Source: Asterionella formosa
Lineage: Eukaryota
DNA length: 54,647 bases
Assembly (NCBI GenBank): GCA_002256025.1
Contig: NKIB01013620.1
Span: 1 to 54,647 of the forward strand
Direction of reading: 5' to 3'
Both the position numbers and the translations under genes were made by a program. The notes beneath the pieces were generated by a model, which was not told where the DNA came from, ran no database searches, and saw nothing but the letters and a program-made list of their open reading frames with translations. Positions 11,464 through 22,847 of the stretch are shown here, one piece after another. Numbering within the stretch: position 1 is the stretch's first letter; every line of letters starts with the position of its first letter.

Positions 11464-12385
11464 ATGGGCGGCAAAGGAAGGTTTACCACCAAGAAGGCTC
11501 ATGTCAAAAGCAAATTCCAAGCGAAGGGAGGGAGCAATAATGCATCGCATACCAACAAGAAGTCTATTAATGACTACAACTATTACCTTGGATTGGTGTA
11601 GCAAGCATCTGACTACGAAACCACTACAGAGTACTTGATTAACTATATCAAGAAAGTGTTCGACTATAGCAACCTTATAGGAACCGCTCTCTAGTTACTA
11701 GAACCAACAATTATATTGACATGGAAGACAAGAATGCAGGTGAGCTCTTCAACTACAGATGAAGATTGCGCTGCAGAGAATCGCCGATATTAAATCGAAT
11801 TTAAGGCGATTATGACGCCTACAGCAAGAGGGTGCAGACCTACAAAAACAATAATACCAAGGCATACGCATTGCTCTGGGAGAGATTCAACAAGGCCGAA
11901 AAATAAGATTGAAGCAAGATCAGATTAAATTAAAATCAATACTACTACACCAATAACTTTGCTCGTTGCAATTACAGAACATGCACTAAATAATCAGGAG
12001 CATCGATATTCAATGTCAATCATTTTAGATGCAATGAGAACGCTTTTGACCACAAAGCAGGAGAGGGGAGGAGAGAGTCCAAAAGATTATACAAAGTGGT
12101 TTTGTGTGGTATGAGTTGTGCTCAGCCAAGTCCCACATTGGGGCACCTATTATAAGTTTTTGAAGCCATGGATGGGTATGACAAGATGGATACCAAGCTG
12201 CAAGATAAATTTCTTGAACATTCTTTCAGTCAATTCCTGGCCTACTTATACCTTGACAATGCAAATAAGGCCAAAAACAGATCAATTCTGACCAGGCTTA
12301 ATACTCAACAGTTGCATGGCAATGATTAATACCCGAAGAGTATCACCAAGTCAAACGATATTCTCAGTAATCATTTATTCAATGT
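11464..12385 (+). mobile_element. Degenerate Ty1/Copia (diatom CoDi-like) gag relic
   Basis: Translates, with stops and frameshifts, as KKSINDYNYYLG..*QASDYETTTEYLINYIKKVF, NNTKAYALLWER..KIEARSD, HRYSMSIILDAMRTLLTTKQ and YPKSITKSNDILSNH. These motifs were recognised from diatom Copia gag. Confidence 0.8.
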
Positions 12386-12919
12386 AGCAGATAAGTCAGG
12401 TGATCATCATTTTAGATTGGATCATACAAATAAGATGGCTTATATTTGCAGATTCCAGTACCCTGCTCCAAGTGGTTTAGATAAGCAATGGTGGATCTTT
12501 GCTTGCTCTCTGAATGAAATGCAAGGTTTCTGCCTCCACAGCACAATTTTCTTCAACCGGAATTATGTCCAGTAAATAGTATCAAACTCATTCCAACAAA
12601 AAGGTCAAATACATACAAAATGCATTCTCACAAGAATCCAATATTCAACTTGCACGAAAAATATGAATTGGAAAAGGTTGATCTTGCTTTGTGACATCAG
12701 ATAGCAACAATTTTATCAATTATTGTATAGTTAAGGCAGGTGGGGAGACAAAGGAGAAAAGCAGTCATTAAAACATGGCGCGAACTTCCAGTGATGAGCC
12801 CATTGTTTATTTTGTTGAAGATGATGTTGATGTCTACAACAACAACCACGACAGCAGACCATCCTATGTGTGTGTAGTTACCCCTAAATTTCCTGCTTCA
12901 ATATCTTCGCATTAAAATT

Positions 12920-14709
12920 TCATGTCATATTTTCCTTGACTTGTCCTAACTGATTCACAGCATTGCCAGAAGGTCCAACAACCGGGGAAATTAGCTTTGT
13001 CGCTAATGTGTCAAATAGCGTCATGCAATGCACCATGTGTGCACAAGAAATTATTCCTGAATCCCACAAATTGAACAAATGGAGCACTAGTTCGCGGCGA
13101 AGGTTACAGTTTACCATGTCTTTGATATGGCTATGAATGAAATCAACGCATTTCTGAGGAACGACAAAATCAGGAATCAATGAATGGGATATCATAAATC
13201 GGTTCCACATCTTCAAAAAATTCTTCTCGTCAGGAGATACATCCTCCTCGACAAATTCTTCAAGTAGCTGTAGAAAGAGCGGAAACTTGAGTCAAAATGG
13301 CATTTCATGTGTTTTACACTAAAAGGTAATTTCCTTGAAACTTACCTCCTCCCCCATACGGTGAAGCCATTCGTCGTCTGGTTCTTCATCGCTATCATAA
13401 CACCACTCTCCAACAAGCATGGGTGCAATAGGACGAGAGTGGAAATACTGTCGCAAGGGAACATCGTCGCTTGGTACAAATGCTTTCATGATCGAAGGCT
13501 TGGCTCCAATATCCTGAAGGAGGCGGATCTTCTTCTTTCTCGTTGGAAGATCGAGTGTAGCAGCTTTTCTCGCTTGCCTCTGCACGATCGGAACTGTGGC
13601 AATGTCAGGAGCTTTCTGACCCCGTCGATTAAACATGAAATCGCGAGAGATATCGTTTGCTTCGTCCAGGTACGGTTTTCTTCGGACAGCAATGTGAAGC
13701 TGGAAATGATTTTAAAAGATAGTCGTTCAGCGTTTTCAGCGTTTTACTCCCGCAAATTTTAAATTTCGATATGTAACTTACCGTTCCATCTTCACTCCTG
13801 GCTGCTTCAAATAACAACCGCTTTCCGTGGAACAACGTACAATGCATCAGTATTCCCGAGTCAGTCCCCTGGAATAGGAAATAGTTAGCAAGGCTGAGTC
13901 GTTGTATCCAAAGCGTTCAATTTTTTACTAGGTTGCAATACACTTACCCCATCAAAGTAGCAGAAAGGGCACCGTCTATGGCCAACCGCAGTTTCATCTG
14001 GTCCTTCAACAATTGCTGTCGGGAGGCCATTACTGTCATGGTATATATAATGAAAGAACATGTTCATATTTGTTCGCATATTTCCGGTCTGATCTGTGGG
14101 GTCGTTGTGAAATGAGGGAGCTGTCAAAATTTTCATATGGTCTTGTATCGAAGGTGCGTCGTCAGAACACGATGTCGATAGAGGCGACATGGGAATCCGA
14201 GGAGTTAGCATGACGTCGTCCAACTCTGCTTCCACATCCCCAGTCGATACAGAAACCATCGCACCATTGGCGGCATCGCGACTAGTAATTTCTTGGTTTT
14301 CCTTTTTCATTGATCCGTTCTCTAATGCTCTTTTCGTTTCGTTTGGCATGGTCATCGTTTCCTCCTCGACGACATTGTTTCGACATTTCCTAATTTTCGT
14401 CGGGCGTGACTCCAAGAAGACAGGATTGAAATTCTTGATGCGATATTTGAAGCATTGAAAAAGTAAATCTATCTTTTTCTTACTCTTCGCTTTCTTGGTT
14501 TTTGAAATATCTAGTGTGCGCTTCCTTTTTCGAGACGACAACGTTCCGGATTGGACGTACGTTAAATTACGTCGCTTGAATGGCATGTCGTGACAAGGTT
14601 TCTTGACTGCTGTATTGTTCTTGTCTTGGAAAAACCATCGAACTTCCAATTGTTTCCCTAAATTGGCTGCCCCGCCAAAAGTCTGTAGTTTATTGAGTCG
14701 GAATTGCAT
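12920..14709 (-). CDS. SUZ12: Polycomb SUZ12-like VEFS-box protein (exons 14709-13948, 13868-13782, 13699-13346, 13267-12920)
   Basis: C2H2 finger CPFC...LMHCTLFH is completed across intron 1. VEFS box: RQYFHS...DSDEEPDDEWL...EKNFLKMWNRFM...LHLFNLWDSGII. Three phase-0 GTAAG..CAG introns. The 5' end is uncertain; a further donor at 14781 is probably in the UTR. Confidence 0.85.
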
Positions 14710-15323
14710 GAAAATGAAACTGAGCCACTTCCTTTCAACATTATACGGTCCACAAAAGGTATTTCAGCAATTCTAACTTACCTTATCGAATTTTTCCATA
14801 CCTGATTGTGACAGATCCTTTTCAGATCGTACGGTACTTCAGATCTCAAAACACAAAGGGATGGAACGTTTCCTTAACCGAGCGAGAACTGGTAGAGTGA
14901 GAGTCACCTTTTGCCTGATTTAATTGCGGTCTCGGCATGTCGACAAATGCATCATTGGCAGTCATTGAATATATTTTACATACAGGTATCATAGCTATTC
15001 ATGTAAAAGTAAATGTAATATTTTGATGACGCTGATGTTTTTGTTCTTATTGCCCATGCATCAGTATGACATCAGTCAGTATACCATCTACCGGTATGTA
15101 CCAGTACCGAAAGTATACCGGTACCCTATATATTAGAAGAAATACCTATGCTGGTAAGCAAATTAATATTTAATAAATATTCATACCGGAATACTAAAAT
15201 GAACTGGTATGTAACGAAATTCATGCTTGGTTTGACTCCACCGACCAATCTCCACATGCAGATTGGATCGTTGTGGCGGGTATTTTGGTTCTCGTTGACA
15301 CAAACGGTACATTCGACACAACC

Positions 15324-16425
15324 ATGGCCTCGCTGGGCGCAAGAGTTGTTCTCGCAGTCTCTAAGGCTGCTAGAAGTGCAGGGTGAGTTGTAATGGGTCA
15401 TGAAACTGCTTAACGAAATGAAACACAAGCAAGAAATCACCTGAAACATCTGGTACTGATTTAGTTTCAACAAGAACAACTACAACTCATCTTGTTGCTT
15501 GCCAACTTGTCACAGTGCGGCTATGGATAACTTGGGGGCTAAACTGGAGGTTGCCAAGTACTCAGAGAAATTGGTGCCGTCGACGAGATTTGTTGCAGTT
15601 GATGGAGTTGCCCCAGTGCTTTCATCAGCGGCCACTTTTGTAGCCCCTTCCGCATCGCTGATCGGTGATGTTACCATGGGGAACAAATCTAGGTAAGGCA
15701 GCAAAGGGGTTAAGCGTTATTACTCAAGCGGATGCATTTCTCACAAAATTATTCTACTTGATAGTGTATGGTACGGTGCCGTTGTTCGCGGTGATGTCAA
15801 CAAGGTTACTATTGGAGACCAAACTGCCATTAGGGAGCGCGCCGTGGTTCACGTGGCAAAGATTCAGGGCGATTTTGCCACCAAAATCGGAGACAATGTC
15901 ACCGTTGGACCTTGCGCTATTATTCATGCATGCACACTGCATGACTCCGTGATGGTGGGTGCGTCCGCTCAAGTGCTGGATGGAGCTGTTGTGGAATCAA
16001 ACTCCATCGTTGCCCCTGGTGCCATTGTCACACCTGGTACAACCGTGAAGGGAGGAGAGTACTGGGCCGGGTCACCAGCTAGGAAAGTTCGTGACTTGAC
16101 TCCAGAGGAGATCGCCTCCATTGTACATTCGGCCACCGATTTGGCCGACCTTGCTATGATGCATGCGGTCGAGAATGCCAAGGATTACAAGCAAGTTATT
16201 GCCGATGAAGAAGCTCGTATCGATAAGTTTATGCGCAATGACGACTACATGCAACCAAACCAGGGAGATCCGGACGATTTCCTTGGTCAAGGTGCTCCTG
16301 GACGCATTTTCAACACGGTTCTCTCTAATCCTGTGGAAGGTATCAAGTTTAGACAGAAGCAAGCAGAAGAAACCGCTGCCAAGGTGGCAGCATTGGAGAA
16401 AGCGAAAAAGAACGACGCATTTTAG
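15324..16425 (+). CDS. Gamma carbonic anhydrase-like protein, probably a mitochondrial complex I subunit (exons 15324-15382, 15516-15692, 15765-16425)
   Basis: FVAPSASLIGDV..SSVWYGAVVRGDVN, hexapeptide repeats and WAGSPARKVRDL. The N-terminus MASLGARVVLAVSKAARSAG resembles a mitochondrial presequence. Both introns are frame-consistent. Confidence 0.9.
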
Positions 16426-17015
16426 ACTGAAAATGACAATAATAGTAGTTGTGGAACTGACAGTATTAAATTCTTCCTAACTACGAGTGACAAATTATTG
16501 TAGATCTAGTGGTGCAGTTGGGATGAGGGCTGAATCAAGTTCTTACAGGTTTTTTCGAACCATTGTACCGGTTGTTACTGAGGTGGGAACAAAATGCTAC
16601 AAGCGAGTTTTCACGCTGTCCCTCCAATGCCCGCCTGCCATAACAACGAGCTATCTACGACAAATTCCAAGTCTTCACTAAGGGACGTTACATGGAACCC
16701 ATTGATCAGTGTGTAGGTATCAAAAACAAATGGAGAAACCGAGGGACGAACAAGGAATCACACCTTCTGAACGATGCGCAATTGGATATATGTCAAAGCC
16801 CTAATGTTACGCAATGCTCTGCTCTCAATACGGTCACGATCCGTCTTGGTGGCATGTTCATCGCCGTTTCGCTACTCTTCTCAGAATTCCAAACCTGTCA
16901 TTCCACTTCAATAATATCCGTCGACCCCTCGTGAACACTTCGCTATGCAACCCCTTTTTATGCGCGCATCATTCCTATGTTGGATGCAGCAGCATGGGAT
17001 TAGAGGGTCGACAAA

Positions 17016-17543
17016 TTATTTTCGCACAATACCAAATTGGTTCTTGTATTCCTCACGTGCAGATCTTTCCAGTTCCGGATCAACGAGTCCACTTTGAGGA
17101 TCAGTTCCCAAGGCACGACGGAACAAGAGAATATGGGGCTCGGGGCTGACATGGAGAGATATCGTATTAAATGTGTTAGGGAAGTCCAAGTTTACAAAAT
17201 ACAAGTACCGGTAGTTGCATATAGAAAACATTTTGAACCAGAAAAGCGTACCGATGAATAGCGTAATGTGCCCACCCACGAGACTGCTGGACACCGATGC
17301 CGCGCCACTCTGCTTCGGACAAGAGTCGACTCTTTGGCAAGGTCTTCGCTAAGTCTTTTGGAAGAATGACATGACTTCATCACGGGAAATTAGAAGCGGT
17401 GTGTCAGTGAACAGGTCCGCACAGAGTCGCAAACAATCCTTCTCTCGCCGCTCATATTAGCACTGGTTCCTTCCAACTCACCGGTATTCGTTAGCGTCAT
17501 CTGCATACTTTTCACTGTATTCGATACGGGAAGTGCTGGTCAT
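17016..17543 (-). CDS. CKS1: Cyclin-dependent kinase regulatory subunit CKS1/suc1 (exons 17543-17482, 17374-17252, 17145-17016)
   Basis: Spliced translation: [75 protein letters not shown]..., the canonical CKS signature. Two phase-2 GT-AG introns. Confidence 0.97.
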
Positions 17544-18349
17544 GGTAAACAAGAGAACAGAGAAGAAGGAATGATGCAGGAAGCAAAGTCAACAAAAAAC
17601 CTTTTTTGTCGTTAAACATATATTTCAGGTGTTTCTTCGTTCGATGCGATTTGAATCGCAAGTCGTTCTGTTTTCTTGATGGTGATCCTCAACACATATA
17701 ATGTGTACGGGTATGTATACCGACATATTTACCGTACATTATACATAGGGTTTTGTCTCTTTGTCTGAGTGATCATTGTGAAGTACCGTACCGTAGTACC
17801 GGTCTGGTACTTCCAGATTTTCGATGTACGACGTAGCAGTAAGAAAAATACCTTCTGGTAGAATTTTTACTCCTCAGAGGACTACAGGTACATAAGATAC
17901 ATACACTATATTCAAATGATTGTTGTCGAAGCAATAACTAGACTACCGGTACCGGTACCGTTTACGGTATTATCAATGCATAATACCCGGGCGGTACACC
18001 TGGTAGCTACTTAGTACGGATGTCTACCGGTCTTGTTTTATTTAGGGAGGATGTCTTGTACACAAGAACATAAAAAGTATGTATGCATACCTGCTTGGCG
18101 TACCTGTACATACTGGTATACTCCATATGATTTTACCTCTGTGTTCATGACAAAGCAGAATACCGGTAGTACGGTAATAAAATAATGAGATTGATTCGTT
18201 GACGTGATCTATTTCCAATGACTTCACTGCATGGACCAAAGAATCAACCACCATTTGTCGGCCTCTCCTGTTCGCCTCCTACTTCGCCCCCTATACAGCA
18301 ATCATTTTCTAATCGTAAGCTACTCACTGCTTAAATCGCCAAACATAAG

Positions 18350-19490
18350 ATGCTGTCTAAACTTACTGAACTCGCCGAGGGATTGCTTCGACCAGTCTTG
18401 ATTCTGATCTGTGGAATGCTGTTGTTCAATCTTCCCACCCTACTTTACAAAGTCCGCTTGACTCTTCGGGGCATCCTCTACTTGCTATTTTGCAATGACA
18501 AATCATGGAAGAAACCCAAGGATCCAAGTATCACCTTTGATCCTCTTATCAAGGGTAACGATAGTAGAATTCAACGAAAGACTCTATATTTTGTTAGACA
18601 TGGTGAATCGACGTGGAATGACACATTTAACAAAGGAAAGCACCGGTCTGTGGCTGTATTTGTCATTGGATTTATACCTGGATTAATCAAGGCTGCACTG
18701 TATGAGTTGTACTTGCTCTTGAGTGGCAAAATGGACAGGTATGTTTGTATGTTGCACGACGAAGGATCAGCTTTCGAATGTTTTGGATCTAACGCTTAAA
18801 ATATATCCATCCAGTTGGTTCTATGATGCACCTCTTTCTTATTTGGGCCTTGGTCAGGTGGAGGATTTGGGAAAATTCTTGAAGAAGGCTCCGTCCAAGG
18901 ATGCTGAGGGTGCCATTATTGCGGTTTTGAGAGCCGACCCTGACGCTCCAAAAAGCAAGATTCTATGTTCATCGCTTCGCCGTGCGCTGTCTACAATGGC
19001 AGCTGGATTTCAGGATCGTCTGGCGCAACACCCAGAAGAAAAGATTTTGGTGGTTCCCTCGCTGCAAGAAATTAGTCGCAATCCAGACACGCTTTCCATT
19101 ACTCCTGCCCATACACAAGTGACAGCGAGCTGGATTGACAAGTCAAGCAAGCTTTGCAACTTTCAGAGTATTTTTTCCAATCAAGTGGACATGTCGTTGC
19201 ACACTGGAAACAAGGAGATTACCACAAACGGGTTGAAGCGGATGGATGCGTTCTGTGATGTTGTGTTCCGACAAAACGAAAATCACGTCATTGTTGGAGG
19301 CCACTCTATCTATTTTCGTTCCTTTTTCCGAACCTTCATGCCATACACGGAAGATCACGCGGCTAAGTCGAAAAAGATTGTCAACTGTGGAGTGGTGGCT
19401 TTGGATTTACTCAAGTTCAAGAATGAACATGGCAAGACGTATTACATGATTGATCCCAAAACAGTTAACGTAGTTTACGGTGGCTTCTGA
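18350..19490 (+). CDS. Histidine phosphatase / phosphoglycerate-mutase superfamily protein with N-terminal membrane anchor (exons 18350-18738, 18815-19490)
   Basis: LYFVRHGESTWN, DAPLS..G..Q, SSLRRALST, LQE and VGGHS motifs. GT-AG intron at 18739-18814. Confidence 0.88.
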
Positions 19491-19584
19491 AAATGTAGTA
19501 CGGCTACAGTACAATGTGCAGAAGTTTATGGATTAATGTATTTATGTAATAACCCTGTGTCCTGTAACCATCGTTATCAGTGCG

Positions 19585-20088
19585 TTATTTCTTTTCTTCG
19601 ATCCAAATTCCTCCGTGAGAGTCTGACAGACCGTGTCCATGTTCTATCGTTTCTTGAAGTGTCTTTCTGCGCAAGACTCTGTTCTTTTGAAGCTCCACTG
19701 GGAGTGGGTCGACCCCTACGAGTCGCTGTTGCTGAGCATTTTGAAGTGTCCTTTGGTATTCCGTCAACTCATCCGGAATCTCCTTTTTGCCCACACCGAA
19801 AATGGGATGAAGGTTGTGCACTTCGTTCTGACCAGTGACTGATGCCATGATAAAGGAACCCATGGCTCCACCACCCAAGAATGCAAACATGGCCGTGTTA
19901 CGATTGAGACTTCCTTTAAACATTCCTCTGTTTTGTGCCATCTTGGCAAGGGAATGAACCAAAAAGCACCCAATTGATCCATACCCCATACCTTTAAATG
20001 AACTGGTCCAGATATCTCGCCTCACATCAGCAATGATTAACTTCTCTTCCTTCGACAAGGTCGACGGGGGCGTCATAGATCGTGACAT
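19585..20088 (-). CDS. Hypothetical small membrane protein (two hydrophobic, Gly-rich segments)
   Basis: Open frame with gene-like composition; ATG at 20088 (or 20076); convergent with the phosphatase gene. Confidence 0.7.
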   Translation of the reverse strand: MSRSMTPPSTLSKEEKLIIADVRRDIWTSSFKGMGYGSIGCFLVHSLAKMAQNRGMFKGSLNRNTAMFAFLGGGAMGSFIMASVTGQNEVHNLHPIFGVGKKEIPDELTEYQRTLQNAQQQRLVGVDPLPVELQKNRVLRRKTLQETIEHGHGLSDSHGGIWIEEKK

Positions 20089-21499
20089 GAGAGGGTGAAG
20101 TGTCGTTGTACCTTCTTTACAATGGCCCGTGCTGGACAACAGCAATATATAGATTCAGATTTGTCGTTTGGTGATTCAAGAATTGTTCAGATCTCTACCG
20201 TTCTTTTAATAGAGAGAGAAATTATCAGTTTTCTCGTCTATTCGGTAGGAGGGATTGACAGCAAGAACGTGGGAACGTTGAGCTGTTGTTGAACGATTGA
20301 TGTGTCAACATGCATACCGATTATCTACTCTAAAATGTAGAATTTCGACTACCAGGTACCGCTATGTAGTATGCATGATACTCCTGTCCTCTTGATGTAC
20401 AGGTACTGGTAGTCGTGTTAGCTCCCTTCAGTTCTTGCAAGCGAGGATGCAAACGAAGACGAAGCAGAACCATGGGTTCGCGTGGAGCCATACCGGTAGA
20501 GTAAGGGTAGGAGGAGGACCAGGATACCGGTACCAGGAGTATGTAACAAATATACACGTGCGCATTTGCGTACATGATACTTGATACTCCAGTACAGGTA
20601 CCAGTAATAATCTGCATTGAACCTCTGACAGTATAAAAAAACATTTTGTTAAAAAAAAATCATTTATTTTCTATTTCTTATTAAGCTCTAGAATGAATCT
20701 TGAGCATGTACCGGATGGAGTCATACTGTTAGGGCATGCCCTTCGGCTGATGCTAACAGCTCCCGAAATACAAAGATCGAAAATTGCGAAGCTTTCATGG
20801 CAAAATCTTCGACCTTTGTTTTCGGGAAATTTTATGGCCACCTTACCATCCTGTAGATTAAATAGTACATCAATCCATATGTCAAATGGCCAATCTTGTG
20901 AATTGATATTAATTTCCTACATTAAAATTGGTAGTCTCATTCATAGGAATATTATAGGAATTAATGATAATGAAAATCATCAACACTCGCTCAACATTGC
21001 CATCATGGTAAATTCTCAGTATACCTCGGGAGAACTGTTATGTGTTGTCCTGCGAGGTTCTTTTGTGATATGCAGGCAACCAGTACAAACCACCTGTAGG
21101 ATTATCGCAACATTTGCACATTTCCTTGATCTGAAGTTGTGTGGTTCGATTCCCGAAATTCTTTTTAGAAGCAATTTGTTGGGTTCGTCTCCCTCACTCC
21201 TTACCGTCACGCACAGTCTTGCCTGGTGTGCAAGAAATAGTTAGTTGCCCCTCAAGCAACAAGCAGATTGTGCCGCATTCCTAGTACTAGGCGGTCGGAG
21301 TTCCCCCCCCCCCTAATGCTGCAGCTAAGACGATCACCTTTTGCAAAAGGTGGTTGGGACTCACCTACACTAACAAAACTAGAAGAGAAGCACAGCCAGG
21401 TTTTGTCAGCAGGTAGTAGCACAATGGAATACTTGCCTAGAAATAGGGGAGTACAAATGGGCTATAAAACAGATTTTCATTTAATAACTTTGCCATAAT

Positions 21500-22150
21500 A
21501 CTTAAATTGTTTCCTAGGTATGTGAGCATAAATGACCAGTAGCCTAGTTATAACTCAAATAATTTGTCCTGTTCAAAGTTAACAAAGAAGTCTTCAGCGG
21601 CATACTTGCTGAGATCCAAGACTTTTATAATTCGTTATCTATTTTCTCTATCCCCATCAGCAGCAGCAATTGTTGCTTTGACACCTGCTTGTAGATTTGT
21701 GGGTTTGGCATTGCTTTGAACACAGCTCACACTCTAGAAAGCTATTTCGACTCACTTATGGTCAGCTTCATGGCTGCAGTCCAACAGTTTCAAGGTTTTC
21801 TCAGGGTCATCTAGTAACTGGTGGACTTGTCGATGCTACACAGTATTGGCAGTCCCTTCTAATTCTTTGGCTGCATAAAGCTCTGCCCCCATACTTTGTT
21901 TAGCTTCTCTATGTCTTTAATGGCAGCTTGATCTTCCTAGATTTACAATCCTCACAATCCCTCTCAAGAAGCTGCCATTGCAGCTTCATATGCTTTCAAT
22001 CTACTTGAGATACCAGTGGAAGGTTGCTTGATTGCATTGCCAATTATGCATCGTCACTGTGACATTGGGGGTCAACCGGGTGATCCCAGCTTTCTGTTCA
22101 AGGCTGATTCCTTTCTGCAATTTTTGCTAGACAGCCATGTCATTACAATT
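21500..22150 (-). pseudogene. Decayed coding relic of unknown origin (probably TE-derived)
   Basis: A long protein-like frame is broken by stops (ELEGTANTV*HRQVHQLLDDPEKTLKLL...IIKVLDLSKYAAEDFFVNFEQDKLFEL) in a CpG-poor block. Confidence 0.35.
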
Positions 22151-22847
22151 ACCATGGAATCCCTTTCTTTATAATATTTTAACTTTAACAAGTACTATAT
22201 GGTAAAAGAAGCAAAGGAGGCAGAGGAGCTGAGGACAATGTTAACTTCATTAAAATTAAATAGAAATATTGGTTCAGAAAATAGTCATTCATTATTAGCA
22301 TAAAGAAAGAGTCATTGTTAGATGTTCAGAATAACTGGTATATATTTGAGCATACCAGGCAGTAAGTACAACGGTACAACCACGAGAAATATAATCTCAC
22401 AGTAACCTGAAACCGGTACTTTTCACCTTGTACGTAGGAGTTCATGAGGGCCACATATCAGACGTCAGCAGCGCGATTGGGTATTGTTGTTTGTGCTTCC
22501 TTATCCTCGCCAAAGGAGCCCGAAGCAAGGCCAAGGCCAATTTCATTTTCGGGATTGAACTGGTGACTCACAAATTAAGGACCCGGGTGTTGCGTCACAA
22601 CCGCAGGTGATGATCTGTTCGTCATCAGCCGCCAGCTGCATGGATCCTAAGCAAGCAGGCAGAAAAGAATAAAACGGTGGTGCTGCTGGCATGTGGAACT
22701 TGTGATTCACCCACCATAAATAATAAGAAAACAGTCGAAGAATTGTCGTCTAGACGTAGCAATCGTCCTCAATATTCGAATAGTAACCTGGTATACCTCT
22801 TTCTGTTTACACGTCGAGCTGAACAAATTCAGCAAGACATAAAGAAA

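Noticed and set aside
16487..17010. Short ORFs between gamma-CA and CKS1
   Set aside because: No recognisable motifs; most simply the 3' UTRs of the convergent genes.
22677..22847. Upstream non-ATG extensions of long ORFs (also 42907-42954), and upstream ATG extensions at 35279-35353 and 51596-51796
   Set aside because: Non-ATG starts are unlikely here, and the extensions look like UTR or run through GGTACC promoter arrays. Downstream ATGs give sensible N-termini.
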